Source: Thermoplasmata archaeon
GTDB lineage: Archaea; Thermoplasmatota; Thermoplasmata; GCA-020350865
Direction of reading: 5' to 3'
Assembly: GCA_020348445.1 (NCBI GenBank)
Contig: CP070751.1
Location: 703,116-767,115, forward strand
DNA length: 64,000 bases
Translations under genes and position numbers: made by a program
Shown here: positions 48,960 through 60,400 of the stretch, piece after piece
Layout: each line of letters begins with the position of its first letter
Numbering within the stretch: the stretch's first letter is position 1
The notes under the pieces: generated by a model
The model's input: the letters and a program-made list of their open reading frames with translations, nothing else
The model's database searches: none
Told to the model about the DNA's origin: nothing

Positions 48960-49445
48960 ATGCAAAGGCACAACAGCCTTATTTCAGCAGATATGAGGAT
49001 TCTCCTCCATCTGTTGAACTGTCATGGTTCTATCAGTCAATTTGATGTATCAATTGATATAACAGAGATCGGCATTGTTCAAAAGGTAGGACTAAGTTAT
49101 GGCTACGCGTCTAGGCTTCTTAAAGGGCTGGTACACAATGGTTATATTCAAGAAGGTATCGGACACATAAAGGGTGGTCGAAGAAAACATAAATTTTATA
49201 CTCTCACAAATAAAGGAAAAAAATATGCGAGAAAAATAAAAAATGATTTATCAAAGTTGGTGATTACAGTGATACTATCAAATGAATCATCAAAAATAAT
49301 GAAGCTCGATAACATAATACCTTATTTAGGTAAAAAGAAAATTTACCAAGGAGTTACAGAGATGGATATCTATACACTCTTAACAAAGGATGGTGTAATT
49401 AATATTGAATCTCTGAAACAGATCAAGAAAAAATCAGGTCGTTGA
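48960..49445 (+). CDS. Winged-helix (MarR-like) protein, possibly a truncated remnant of a longer gene
   Basis: EIGIVQKVGLSYGYASRLLKGLVHNGYI..GGRRKHKFYTLTNKGK; GAGGA SD before ATG 48960. Confidence 0.65.
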   Translation: MQRHNSLISADMRILLHLLNCHGSISQFDVSIDITEIGIVQKVGLSYGYASRLLKGLVHNGYIQEGIGHIKGGRRKHKFYTLTNKGKKYARKIKNDLSKLVITVILSNESSKIMKLDNIIPYLGKKKIYQGVTEMDIYTLLTKDGVINIESLKQIKKKSGR

Positions 49446-49478
49446 TTTTTCTACCATGGTACAGAGGGTCATAGATTT

Positions 49479-52112
49479 TCATAGAGGTACAATCCAGGTT
49501 TTATCAACCTTGGAGTGAATATAGTATCCTCTTCCAATCTCGAAATAATCAGATGGTCCCATCTTCTCCCATCTTTGGGATATGGAATTGAAGGTCCAAA
49601 TCGCATCGACATCAGATGGGAAGTCGATGTTGTTCAAGGCTGAGGTTCTGTCCCTATTGTTCAGTGAGGGGTAACCAACCATGTTCCAGCCTGGGTGTAA
49701 AGCAATGTTTTGATTCTCGGTCAGTCTGGTTCCATTATAGAAGAAAATCGTGTCTCCTGGTTGAGTGATGTGAATCCAAATACCCATCTTCTCGTTTAGC
49801 TCGAATAAATCGTTTCCATAGGGCTTACCTACTTTGTAATGCTTCCATTGGTCTTTTTTATCGGTGATATCATACCATTGGACAGCATCATATAAGCCAT
49901 CGATAGAGGAGAGCACTTTGGTGAGGTTTTTTTCTTGCTGAATTATGGGTAAAGAAATAAGGTTCCAGCCCTGCTTTAAAATCATATAGTTCTTGTTGGG
50001 CTCGATAAGGGGGTAATTATCCTTGGAATCCGAATCGATGACATAGGGATTCTTACCACCGCCTCCAATTGTCCCGTTATCAACGATACCGTCACTTCCC
50101 AATATATCCTGACCTTCTCCCTTATACTCATCATACGCCCCTTCGCTTGATTCATCGAAATCTGACCAGTAATTCCCTCCTGATGGATAGCCATCGTCCC
50201 ATCGGTTTGCATTATTCGCGCCATCGTAAGCTTGATTTGTATTGTGTATGATGTTGTTGTGGTAAATACTGTTATTTGTTGAATCGTTTAAGTAGATACC
50301 AAAGTTGCTGTTTGAAAAAACGGTATTACCTATAATGCCATTCCAGTCGGAAGAAGAGAGTAAGCGGATACCATCCTCATTATTCAAAGAAACATTGTTA
50401 CCTGTTATAGCATTGTTCAATGCTGAAGAAAGCCTGATGCCGTGAGTGTTGTTCGAAATGTTGTTGCCTGATATTATATTGCCATCCGATGATGAGACGT
50501 TTATACCTTCTAAATTGTCGGAGATATCATTACCTGTTATTTTATTATTGGAGGAATACTCAAGAAGGATGCCATCATAAATGTTCGATGATATTATGTT
50601 GCCTGTTATTATGTTGTTGTCTGAAAATTGGAAAAGATACAATCCATGCTTATTATTCGTAACATTGTTGTCATGGATGGTGTGGCTCTCAGAATGATCG
50701 AGCATGATGCCGGATTCTTCGTTCGAGTATAATTTATTGCCATAGAGATGATTCCCATGGGAATATTCGAATAAAATGCCGTAATCGGAATTCGAAAAGA
50801 TAATATTGTCTCTGATGATGTGTTGGGCACCGTAGACATGAATGCCGTCACGTCCGCTGTGCGAAATATTGTTACCTACGACGGTGGTCCCATTTGCTAC
50901 AATCATATAGATACCAAATATAGCATTCCAGTGAAGGTGATTGTTTCTAACGGTGTTTTTGAGGGAAAAGCTAGTAAGCGAAATACCATGAAAGCACCAA
51001 TCACATGTGTTATTTTCGAGTGTATTATTAGATGAATATGACAATCGGATGCCAATAGCACTGGTAGAAACGTTATTACCTATGATATGGTTCCCATCGG
51101 AATTTTCGAGATGGATGCCATCCCCCCCAATGGGTGAAGATATGAAATTTTCTGTGATGTTATTTCCATGGGAATTGATAAGACGGATGCTATCGGCACC
51201 ATTATTCGTAAATGTATTATTTGTTATATTGTTACCATTAGAATAGTGGAGATAGAGGGCATAGCTTGGATTACTATCGATAAAATTGCTTATGATATTA
51301 TTCCCACTAGAATAATATAGTTCTATACCATACAAATACTTGCATGAAAACACACTATTTGTAATAATGTTATTATTCGAAGAAAAACCCGATAAAATAC
51401 CAACAGTAACAGTATTGATTATTTGTGCCTCTACAATGACGTTTGTGCAATTGGCAAGAATAACTTGTCCGGCATCAGATGGGACTATACCTTCTATTTG
51501 GTTCTTCCAATAATGAATCGGTTTATCATTGACAGTATTTGAAATGTCGATATTGTGCGTATTCCAGTGTTCAAGGGAATCACCCTCAATATAGATTCCG
51601 TTATCCGACATAATATTGTTCAGAACAGTTATACCACTGGATTTCCAGATATAAATACCGATCTTACTGGTAGAAAATTTATTGTCAGCAATAGTATTAT
51701 TATCAGAATCTATAATTAATCCATCAACATTAGGATCGTCACCTGTTATTGTAAACCCAGTTATATTCACCCAATTAGCATTTACATAAACTGCCTCTCC
51801 AGCTCCACCGCCTTTTATTATAGTAAATTCCTTGTTTTCCCCGGTCAGATTTACTGTTTTATTCACCAAAACATTTTCATAATATGTACCACTGTAGACA
51901 TAGACCGTGTCCCCCCCTTTTGCTGCGTTTATAGCATCCTGTATTGTAGGATAATCATTAGGAACATAAATTGTTGCACCACTGGAGGTTGGTATCAGAT
52001 TTTCATCAGGAACAATAAACATCGTAATTGAAATGATAAAAAGCACGCTAACTATGACAGACGAGCGTTTTAGCAAAATAACTTTGTGCCTCCTCTTAAG
52101 GTTGCTATTCAT
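49479..52112 (-). CDS. Secreted right-handed parallel beta-helix (NosD-like) protein with C-terminal GWNLIS-type domain
   Basis: YPTIQDAINAA..GDTVYVYSGTYYENV; many N.I..N.I..N..GI.L repeats; GGNYWSD; LKQGWNLISLP / LHPGWNMVGYP. Confidence 0.87.
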   Translation of the reverse strand: MNSNLKRRHKVILLKRSSVIVSVLFIISITMFIVPDENLIPTSSGATIYVPNDYPTIQDAINAAKGGDTVYVYSGTYYENVLVNKTVNLTGENKEFTIIKGGGAGEAVYVNANWVNITGFTITGDDPNVDGLIIDSDNNTIADNKFSTSKIGIYIWKSSGITVLNNIMSDNGIYIEGDSLEHWNTHNIDISNTVNDKPIHYWKNQIEGIVPSDAGQVILANCTNVIVEAQIINTVTVGILSGFSSNNNIITNSVFSCKYLYGIELYYSSGNNIISNFIDSNPSYALYLHYSNGNNITNNTFTNNGADSIRLINSHGNNITENFISSPIGGDGIHLENSDGNHIIGNNVSTSAIGIRLSYSSNNTLENNTCDWCFHGISLTSFSLKNTVRNNHLHWNAIFGIYMIVANGTTVVGNNISHSGRDGIHVYGAQHIIRDNIIFSNSDYGILFEYSHGNHLYGNKLYSNEESGIMLDHSESHTIHDNNVTNNKHGLYLFQFSDNNIITGNIISSNIYDGILLEYSSNNKITGNDISDNLEGINVSSSDGNIISGNNISNNTHGIRLSSALNNAITGNNVSLNNEDGIRLLSSSDWNGIIGNTVFSNSNFGIYLNDSTNNSIYHNNIIHNTNQAYDGANNANRWDDGYPSGGNYWSDFDESSEGAYDEYKGEGQDILGSDGIVDNGTIGGGGKNPYVIDSDSKDNYPLIEPNKNYMILKQGWNLISLPIIQQEKNLTKVLSSIDGLYDAVQWYDITDKKDQWKHYKVGKPYGNDLFELNEKMGIWIHITQPGDTIFFYNGTRLTENQNIALHPGWNMVGYPSLNNRDRTSALNNIDFPSDVDAIWTFNSISQRWEKMGPSDYFEIGRGYYIHSKVDKTWIVPL

Positions 52113-52283
52113 TTGTATACACCTCTTCCATTATTTTGCACAATATTTATTGGTATATATAATTGATATGACTATGAAGGATTATAAAGATTCTGGGCTT
52201 AAAAAATAAATGAGAAGATGCCAAGAAGAATGCCATATTCCCAGCATCTACATGTTTGGTTCGATAGGATATTTACTCTGGTT

Positions 52284-52787
52284 TTAAGGTGTGTAATAAC
52301 CCACTGCATCTATTTCTGGTCCATAGATTGTATCGGTGGCGTCTGTTTCACCATCTTCACCGTTTATATTTACGTATCGCTATACTGTCGTAGGGCCAGA
52401 TGTTCCTGTTGTAAAGTTGTTGTCAACTGTATCCTTATTATCGGTCCACTCGTCATAATAGGAAAAATCGTTAAGAAAAACACGCACTGTGTACTCTTCC
52501 TCTTTCCCCCAACCATTGGTCCCGAATACTGTAAATAATTGGCTGTCAGGTATCCCAGAAAATCCCATATCGAGCCAAAGGTCTCCGAGTGCTGGATCGG
52601 GTTCATTTGTCCCGACAGTAGCATAAACACTGTCTGGGGCACCAAGTGCTTCTTCTGGATTCTCACAGTCTCCTGCAGAATATACAGAACCTGCATAGAA
52701 CCAAGCTGCGACAGCTGAACCGCTCGATAGAATCGTTGCGATTAGTAATGTTACAAGTATTGTTCCGAATGTTTTCACTTTTCTCAT
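52284..52787 (-). pseudogene. Small secreted protein interrupted by one in-frame TAG (52380-52382); pseudogene, readthrough or sequence error
   Basis: Signal peptide and a strong GGAGGTGA SD. After the TAG the same frame continues RYVNINGEDGETDATDTIYGPEIDAVGYYTP to TAA at 52284-52286. Confidence 0.55.
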
Positions 52788-53017
52788 CCTTTATCACCTC
52801 CTCCCTTTCAGGATTTATATTTATACCTCACCCCACCTCGGCGCCTATCATCTCACAGCCCAAAAATATCAAGGACCAGTTCTAGAAAGTTTCAACTGGA
52901 ATATCGTTTTATTGTCCTTCCTCTCCCACCTTTTATCACCTCCCCTTACTACAGCAACCTCATCTCCTCAATGATCATATATCAATAAAGAAATGCTCGT
53001 CCTTCTATAAATACCCC

Positions 53018-53035
53018 TTTAGTTAATAAACTAAA
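53018..53035. promoter_or_regulatory. Perfect inverted repeat TTTAGTT-aata-AACTAAA next to a minus-strand TATA-like box
   Basis: 7-bp arms with a 4-bp spacer; TATTTATA on the minus strand at 53006-53013, upstream of the 52787 gene. Confidence 0.35.
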
Positions 53036-53708
53036 AAGGTATATATATTAGAAAAACAACCAGTTGATAGAAAGGTTTATATATGCAAGGTTTTCGTAAA
53101 AACAAAGATACTATCCAGACTCCATCATCATTAAAACTGATTAAGTATAGGACATATTACACAAAATCCAAAACAGTTTCTTGTCTCATGAAATATTTTT
53201 ATTGTTCCTGTTTCTCGATAATCTTTACCTCTCGAAAATATTCTTTATTTAGTATGTTGTGCCCCCAATCCTCTCTCAAGTAAAATTTTTCGGGTCAGAT
53301 AGTCGCGATTATGCGATAAAGTGCTCCTCATCTGGATTATTGTTCATACACAGAGCACTAACTGATAAATATCCTATGTAATCGACTGCTGAAAATCGAA
53401 TATTTACAGGGAAGGGTCAGTTGGGATCGGGGATATGATGAATTAGTTTTCAAGGCTCTTATATTTTTCTTCTCCCTTTCTCTACCCCATAAATATTTAA
53501 ACTCAGGATTGACTAATATTATGGATGTCCAAAATACCAACATGAAGAATCCTTAAAACAGAATTATATACCAAATAGTCAATGTCTTGCCCCTCACATG
53601 AATACTTTATGATTCAAAAATTTTCTTAACAGTTTTTTTTCATCATAATCGTTATAATAATATACTTCATATGGAAGATGAAAAAACTCTTTATTTGAGG
53701 GATCACCC

Positions 53709-54791
53709 TTGGTCTATGATGTGGTAGTGGTGGGAGCAGGCCCTGCAGGATGCGTAGCGGCAAGATATGCAGCAGAAAAAGGAGCAAGTACAATTATAAT
53801 CGATCGAAAACGCGAGATAGGAAAGCCAGTGAGATGCGCCGAGGTTGTGGCAGGTACCCTACCTTCTAGTTTCGGCATGAAAAACAGCTCTGAATGGCTG
53901 GTAAATGAGGCCCATTATTTCAATTTCGTCTCTTCAAAAGGCAGGGTCGTGAAAATAAAAACCTCACCTTATGTAGGATATGTCCTGAACAGGGATGCCT
54001 TCGAAAAAGAACTGCTTTGGATGGCTGCGGACCAGGGTGCCGAGCTTCTTTTGGGCAAAACCGTAACTGGTATTGATTCCAAAGGCGTGGTGATGGGCGA
54101 TGAGACAATAGAGACGAAGACCATCATCGCAGCCGATGGTGTGGATTCAAGAATTGGGAGACTCGCCGGGATCAAAACCAGGGGCAAGTTAGGAGTTCTG
54201 GGTTCATGTGCACAACACACACTAGTTAATATAGATGTGGATCCTGACTGTCTTGAGTTTTACCTGGGAAGCAAGTTTGCAGAGGGAGGATATGGCTGGG
54301 TATTCCCGAAAAACAAGGGCGAGGCCAATGTTGGAGTGGGGATATTAAGACCCCATTCACAGGGTGCATATGGAGTCTTGGAAAAATTTGTAAGACAAAA
54401 ATTTCCTTCTGGTCGGTCCATCAGATTCCTATCAGGTTGTGTTCCCTCTACTTTACCTCCCAACGAGTGTGTTTCCAAGAATGTTGTGGTTATAGGGGAC
54501 GCTGCAAGACAGGTGAATCCCTTCACCGGTGCTGGGATTGCAAATGCATTTGTTGCGGGAAAGATCGCAGGTGAGATCGCAGGTGATGTGGCTGTGAAAG
54601 GCCGTCCTTTGACTCACCTTAAAGAGTACGATAGGCTCTGGAAGGCATCCCTGGAAAGGAAACTCAAAAAAAGCTACAAATTAAGAAACAGGTTGTTATT
54701 TTCCGACAGGAATATCGAGATGTTCTGTATTTTCCTGAATATTCTGCCTGCATTCTTGATAAGAAGGCTGGCAAAGCGGCTGCATTACTGA
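53709..54791 (+). CDS. Geranylgeranyl reductase family flavoprotein (DGGGPL reductase-like)
   Basis: VVVVGAGPAG, KPVRCAE, GGYGWVFPK, GDAARQVNPFTGAGI. Confidence 0.88.
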   Translation: MVYDVVVVGAGPAGCVAARYAAEKGASTIIIDRKREIGKPVRCAEVVAGTLPSSFGMKNSSEWLVNEAHYFNFVSSKGRVVKIKTSPYVGYVLNRDAFEKELLWMAADQGAELLLGKTVTGIDSKGVVMGDETIETKTIIAADGVDSRIGRLAGIKTRGKLGVLGSCAQHTLVNIDVDPDCLEFYLGSKFAEGGYGWVFPKNKGEANVGVGILRPHSQGAYGVLEKFVRQKFPSGRSIRFLSGCVPSTLPPNECVSKNVVVIGDAARQVNPFTGAGIANAFVAGKIAGEIAGDVAVKGRPLTHLKEYDRLWKASLERKLKKSYKLRNRLLFSDRNIEMFCIFLNILPAFLIRRLAKRLHY

Positions 54792-55001
54792 TATTGTATG
54801 GTTTTCGCAGTCACCTGACGTGATTTTATAGGGAATATTGACTTATCACATCTTCCTTGCTCCCTCCCCCCTCCTGAGCGTTCATACCCAGGAATAATAA
54901 GTGATAATTCTCTGATAGCCTCGATATTAGCAGAAAAATCTTAATATCTAAGAACAGATGTTATCGGTTGAATCAATTTCAGAGTGATCCATTGTGATTA
55001 T

Positions 55002-56012
55002 ATGAAAGAAGCAAGGTATTGGATACCTTATGATGACAGGGTTCAATGCAAATTATGCGCAAGGGATTGTGTTGTGGCCGAGGGCAAGGCAGGTCTGTGC
55101 GGGGTCAGGGTGAATGAGCAAAATAAGCTATTCTCCAAGAATTATGGATTGGCAGCCCCAATCAATGTGGATCCCATAGGCAAGAAGCCGCTTTTTCATT
55201 TCTACCCAGAAAGCCTGGTGTTTTCCCTGGGAACAGCAGGTTGCAATTTCAAATGTGACTACTGTCAAAATTATGAACTATCACAAAGGAAGATAGAGGA
55301 TGTACAAACAAGAAAGATGACTCCAAAAAAAATACAGAGCTTGGCGAGGAGAAACAAATGCGATGGCGTAGCTTGGACTTACAACGAACCAACGATTTGG
55401 TACGAGTTCGTCTACGATTCAGCAAAGTTTTTGAAAAGAAGGGGATTTTTCAACGTGTTCGTCACCAACGGCTACATCGAAAAGGAGCCTTTTGTAGAGC
55501 TGTCATCGTTTATTGACGCTATAAATGTGGATATAAAGGCCTTCAATGATGAGTTCTATGCCAAGATATCAAGGGCCCACCTCAAACCGGTACTTGCCAC
55601 CTGCAAACTTGCAAAGGAACTTGGACTCCATGTTGAGATATCGTATTTGCTAGTTCCGCCCCTAAACTCCAATCCCAAGGAGATTCAAAAACTATCGAAA
55701 TGGGTAATAAACGTCCTTGGAAAGGACACGCCCTTGCATTTTCTTAGGTTCTTTCCCACGCACAGATTAACGGATTTGCCCACGACTTCCAAGGAAGCAC
55801 TCATCGATGCACAACGAATAGCAAAAATGGAAGGTCTGACAAATGTGTACATAAACAATATTCCTGGAAGTAAATATCAGGATACATACTGCCCAAGCTG
55901 CGGAGAGATGCTCGTGCACAGGGAGGACTTCTATACCATTTTAAACCGTGTAGCCGATGGTAAATGTCCGAGATGCAAGGGCGAGGTTCTTATGATAGGT
56001 TCAAAAAAATAG
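55002..56012 (+). CDS. AmmeMemoRadiSam-type radical SAM enzyme
   Basis: VQCKLCARDC..GLCGVR, DPIGKKPLFHFYP, CNFKCDYC, AWTYNEP, TNGYI, LHFLRFFP, C-terminal CPSCG..CPRC. Confidence 0.88.
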   Translation: MKEARYWIPYDDRVQCKLCARDCVVAEGKAGLCGVRVNEQNKLFSKNYGLAAPINVDPIGKKPLFHFYPESLVFSLGTAGCNFKCDYCQNYELSQRKIEDVQTRKMTPKKIQSLARRNKCDGVAWTYNEPTIWYEFVYDSAKFLKRRGFFNVFVTNGYIEKEPFVELSSFIDAINVDIKAFNDEFYAKISRAHLKPVLATCKLAKELGLHVEISYLLVPPLNSNPKEIQKLSKWVINVLGKDTPLHFLRFFPTHRLTDLPTTSKEALIDAQRIAKMEGLTNVYINNIPGSKYQDTYCPSCGEMLVHREDFYTILNRVADGKCPRCKGEVLMIGSKK

Positions 56013-56100
56013 AGGGTGGGATGAGGGCCACGGAAAAAAATCCTTATGCAACCCACCCTATATACAGGTAGCGGATGGTGAAAGCTGACGATCCTGACAT

Positions 56101-56175
56101 TCAAATATCGAAATCTGTTCTGCAACTAAGGAGCCTATATACATCTTCCCAACTGTAATGTTCTTCTCCACTCAT
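56101..56175 (-). CDS. Candidate 24-aa small ORF
   Basis: MSGEEHYSWEDVYRLLSCRTDFDI; AAGGTGA SD and a TATATAAA box upstream on the minus strand; no recognisable domain. Confidence 0.3.
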   Translation of the reverse strand: MSGEEHYSWEDVYRLLSCRTDFDI

Positions 56176-56299
56176 TTTGTCATCACCTTCTTATTACACG
56201 GTATTGATGCAGGGTTTATATACATCAGGCTGGGAGGGGTGAGTGAAAGTAAAAAATCAGAATCACTGGCACCAAAAATTATGGAAAAAATTTTAGCCC

Positions 56300-57292
56300 T
56301 TACCTCACGCCTATAACTTCCAGATGAGGATAGGCAATATTGACCTTTGGCTCTGATTTAATCCTATCAAGGATCTTTTCAGTTATCATGGAATTGATCT
56401 CTCTTCTTTTGCTAGCCTCGCAGAAATATATAACATAAAAATTCATACAGGAGTCGGAGAATAGCATCCTTACCATGGGCTCTTTAATAAGCTGACTTTT
56501 AAGGTCCTTGATATCCATTTTTTGAGCAATCTGCTTTGAATGTTTTATCATGCTATTGCCCACGACTTCAACCGCGCTCTTCAATATGAGCTTTTTTGCC
56601 AGATTATGGTCGCTTTCATAGGTGATGGCGATTTTAACCTCATCCCGTATATACGGTGTATCCCGGGTGTAATTGAGTATCGGTGTTTCAAAAATACAGC
56701 TGTTTGGGACGGTGATAAGCCTGCCTGTGAAGGTATCGCCCTTCATCCATTCTCCAAATTCCCTAAGTGTGGTGTGGAACATACCAACATCCACTACGTA
56801 TCCTTTTTTTCCATCGATTTCAACTCTATCACCTATGGTGTAGGGCCTATGAAAGATGATATCCAACCAGCCAGCGATATTGAGTATCGGTTTTTGGAGC
56901 ACGTACAGTAAAGCTGCTACCACCACACCAAAGGCAAGAAGTCCTGTAAAATCACCTATTATGATGAATATAAGAAGGATGAATATAAAGATCCATACCA
57001 AATTGGAGAAAAGTTGCCATTCCATTTTTATTTCTGCTTGTGATCGCTTATGGCCTTTAAGGACTCCTGTGAAGGCCGGTCTTAGGAAGCTAAGAACAAG
57101 TTTAGTGGCCACGATTATTAAAAAAACTCCAATGATTTTCGGTAAAAGGTCGATAAAAAGTTCTCTGAGCTCTTCGATATTAAAGTATATTTTAAAATAT
57201 GTGAATATTAACAGCAAAATGGCTATCAAGATCAGAAATATCGCGAAACCCCATAGTATGTACCTACCAGATTTACGCCTGCTACGCTGCAT
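56300..57292 (-). CDS. mscS: Small-conductance mechanosensitive channel family protein
   Basis: Three N-terminal TMs; NIAGWL.I.FHRPYTIGDRVEI..GYVVDVG..T, ITVPNS..NYT, IAYPH. Confidence 0.88.
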   Translation of the reverse strand: MQRSRRKSGRYILWGFAIFLILIAILLLIFTYFKIYFNIEELRELFIDLLPKIIGVFLIIVATKLVLSFLRPAFTGVLKGHKRSQAEIKMEWQLFSNLVWIFIFILLIFIIIGDFTGLLAFGVVVAALLYVLQKPILNIAGWLDIIFHRPYTIGDRVEIDGKKGYVVDVGMFHTTLREFGEWMKGDTFTGRLITVPNSCIFETPILNYTRDTPYIRDEVKIAITYESDHNLAKKLILKSAVEVVGNSMIKHSKQIAQKMDIKDLKSQLIKEPMVRMLFSDSCMNFYVIYFCEASKRREINSMITEKILDRIKSEPKVNIAYPHLEVIGVR

Positions 57293-57485
57293 CCTTATCC
57301 TCTGAGGAGGAAGTAAGGCATTGAGTAGTTTATAAATTTATTCCTCTGTTTATACCTCCGAGTACTTAATAGATTGCCATAATTTATGATAAAAAAGACT
57401 ATGAAATATTTAAATACCAAATCAACGATTGTGCATTATATTAAAGACTGAACATGATAATAATCGCCTCTTTGGGGGGAATAAC

Positions 57486-60400
57486 ATGTTGATCAGAGGG
57501 GTTGGAGTAAAATCCACATTTATAGCATTTATACTGTTATTGATTTTAATGGTACCATATCCTTTTATACCCTATAATCCCTCGGAAACAGTACGTGCCG
57601 AATTTGAAGCAAGAGACGATTATCAGGTGGGAAACGGGCCTCATTCCGTTTTTTTAGCAGATTTGGATGGTGATGGATTCAACGATACAGTGACTGCCAA
57701 TTATTATGGCAATAATGTCTCAGTTCTGATCAATTACGGCAATGGAACATTTGCTCCCCATGTTCTTTATGATGTTGATTTCAATCCCCGGGCATTATTT
57801 CTCGCTGATTTGGACAAAGATATGAATATAGACATAATTACAGGCAATATAGGTGATTCTGATACAATTACCATTCTTTTCAATAATGGTGATGGTACCT
57901 TCGGGGGAAGGATAGAATATGATGTTGGTGACGATCCCAGGGCAATTTTTGCAATCGATGTGGGGGAAGATCTCAATGACGATATGGATATTATATCTGC
58001 AAACTACTGGTCTGACGATATATCTGTATTAAAGAACAATGGGGACGGTACATTTGCCAATGCAGAAACATATGGTGCAGGTAACGGGGCTTATGGGATT
58101 TGTTCTGCCGATTTCGACGGTGATGGATACAACGATGTTGCCACTGCAAATGCGTTAGGTGATGATATATCAGTTCTTATTAACAACCAAGATGGGACAT
58201 TTGCTAATGCGGTTCCATATCCAGGAGACAGCTGGCCCCGTTCAATTTTTTGCGCTGATTTGGATGGAGTAAATGGATCAGATCTTATTGTTGCCAATAG
58301 ATTGGCAGATAACGTCTCAGTTTTTTTAAATAATGATGATGGTACATTTGCCCCTCATGTAACCTATGAAGTGGGTGAAAATCCATTATCAGTTCATGCA
58401 AAGGATATCGATTCCGACTTGGATATCGATCTCGTCACTGCAAATAACATGGACAACACCGTCTCGGTCCTGAAGAACAATGGCAACGGCACATTCGCTT
58501 TAAAGCAGGATTATTATGTTGGTGCAGGTCCATATTCTGTTTTTGTTGCAGATTGCGGGGAGGACCTAAACGGCGATATGGAAATTATATGCGCCAATAA
58601 TGACGCAGATTCCATAACAATACTTTTCACAAACAGCCCGCCTTCCATCGAGATTCTTGAGCCAGATGGCATAGATGATGAAGCAGATTCAAGTTACACA
58701 ATAATATGGGTAGACTCTGACCCTGAGGATAATGCAACTATATCTTTGTATTACTACAACCAGACATCTAAGATTTGGGAACTGATTGTCTCTGGAATTG
58801 AGGAAGATGACCTTCAGGATGCCTTCGATTGGAATACGACAAATATGCCTGAGGGTGAATACCCAATTAAAGCAACAATCTCTGATTCTTTTAATTCGCA
58901 CACAAATTACAGCCTGGGCAATGTTACTGTTTTGCACACTGCCTCAAATATTAGACCTGCAATAAGTTTCATAGAACCTGATGGGATAGATGATGTTTCG
59001 CATTATAACTACACGATTTATTGGATAGATTCAGACCCTGACGACAACGCTGGTATCTCCCTTTTTTATGATGATGACGATACAGGTGGCGTGGGTTTTT
59101 GGATTGCGGATTTAGATGAAGATGATGCCGATTTTTTTGACTGGAATACCACCTTCATTCCTGAAGGTCAATGGTACATCTTTGCCATTATCCAGGACCC
59201 CTGGCATGCTCCTGTTATCAACTACAGCAGCGGGCCTTTGATCATAGATCATCCATCAATTGTGCCTCCTGAACTTCATGATGGTATGGTAATGCCCACT
59301 TCTGGTCTTATTGGTGATTATTTTAATTTTACTGTCAACTATTCACATTTGCATAATCAGGTGCCCAGGAATGTCATCCTAAACCTCACAGGCCCTTCAG
59401 GAGGAAATTTTGAGATGTTGGAGGTGGATAAGTCAGATAAATATTACGAGGATGGCAAGTTATTCTACCTGAACATCTCTCTTTTAGTTGGCTTATATTC
59501 CCATCATTTTTCAGCATTTGATGGTACTTTCTGGAACGAAACCCAGGAGTTTTTAAACGTTCCTTTCGTGTATAGTTTATGGCCCTCCTTGTCAAATGGA
59601 AATGTTGTTCCATCCTCAGGCCTTGATGGATCCTATTTCAACTTCACAGTGACTTATTCCGATTACAATAACGATACTGCAGTGGGTATATATGTTAACA
59701 TCACCGGTCCTTCTGGCGGTGATTTCTCGATGTTCGAACTCGACACCACCGATATAAATAACACCGATGGCAAGGATTATTTCTTCAATACCACACTTTC
59801 TGCAGGTACATACTCCTTTCATTTTGCGGCAAGCGACGGAACCTATTGGACAGAAACAGTGGAAGTGGTGGATTCCCCCATTGTAACTGTTGGGGAGCCT
59901 TCTTTGACAGATGCCGAAGTAATACCCTTATCGGGTGCAAGTGGAAATTATTTCAACTTTACTGTTAATTACTTGGATCCAAATAATGATGCACCTGTGG
60001 GGGTATTGGTCAATATCACAGGACCTTCCGGCGGCGATTTTATGATGTTGGAGGTAAATGCAAGCGATACAAATTATGTAGATGGTAAATATTATTATTA
60101 CAATCTTACATTGTTTGAAGGAACGTATTCATTCCATTTTTCTGCCACAGATGGTATCTATTGGGTTGAAACAGTTGAAGTATCAGATTCACCAGAGGTT
60201 TTGAATAATATCCCAATTTTATCTGGCGAGGCAGTTGATCCTACCCAAGATTATGGTGGACAATACTTCAACTTCACAGTGGTATACACAGATTTAGATG
60301 ATGAACCTCCAATAGAAATCACACTCAATCTAACAGGACCTTCTGGTGGGACCTTCATTATGATGGAAGAGGATGCTTTGGATATTAACTATGCCGATGG

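Noticed and set aside
52380-52382. Genome-wide TAG reassignment
   Set aside because: TAG is the evident terminator of conserved genes in this window (pdxS, aIF6, amidohydrolase, rubrerythrin, radical SAM).
53050-53545. AT-rich intergenic stretch with broken minus-strand reading frames (e.g. PEKFYLREDWGHNILNKEYFREVKIIEKQEQ*)
   Set aside because: It may be a decayed gene, but I recognise no family and there are multiple stops; it cannot be supported without a database search.
54984-56012. AmmeMemoRadiSam radical SAM gene without AMMECR1 or MEMO partners
   Set aside because: The partners are frequently unlinked in archaea, so this is not informative from one window.
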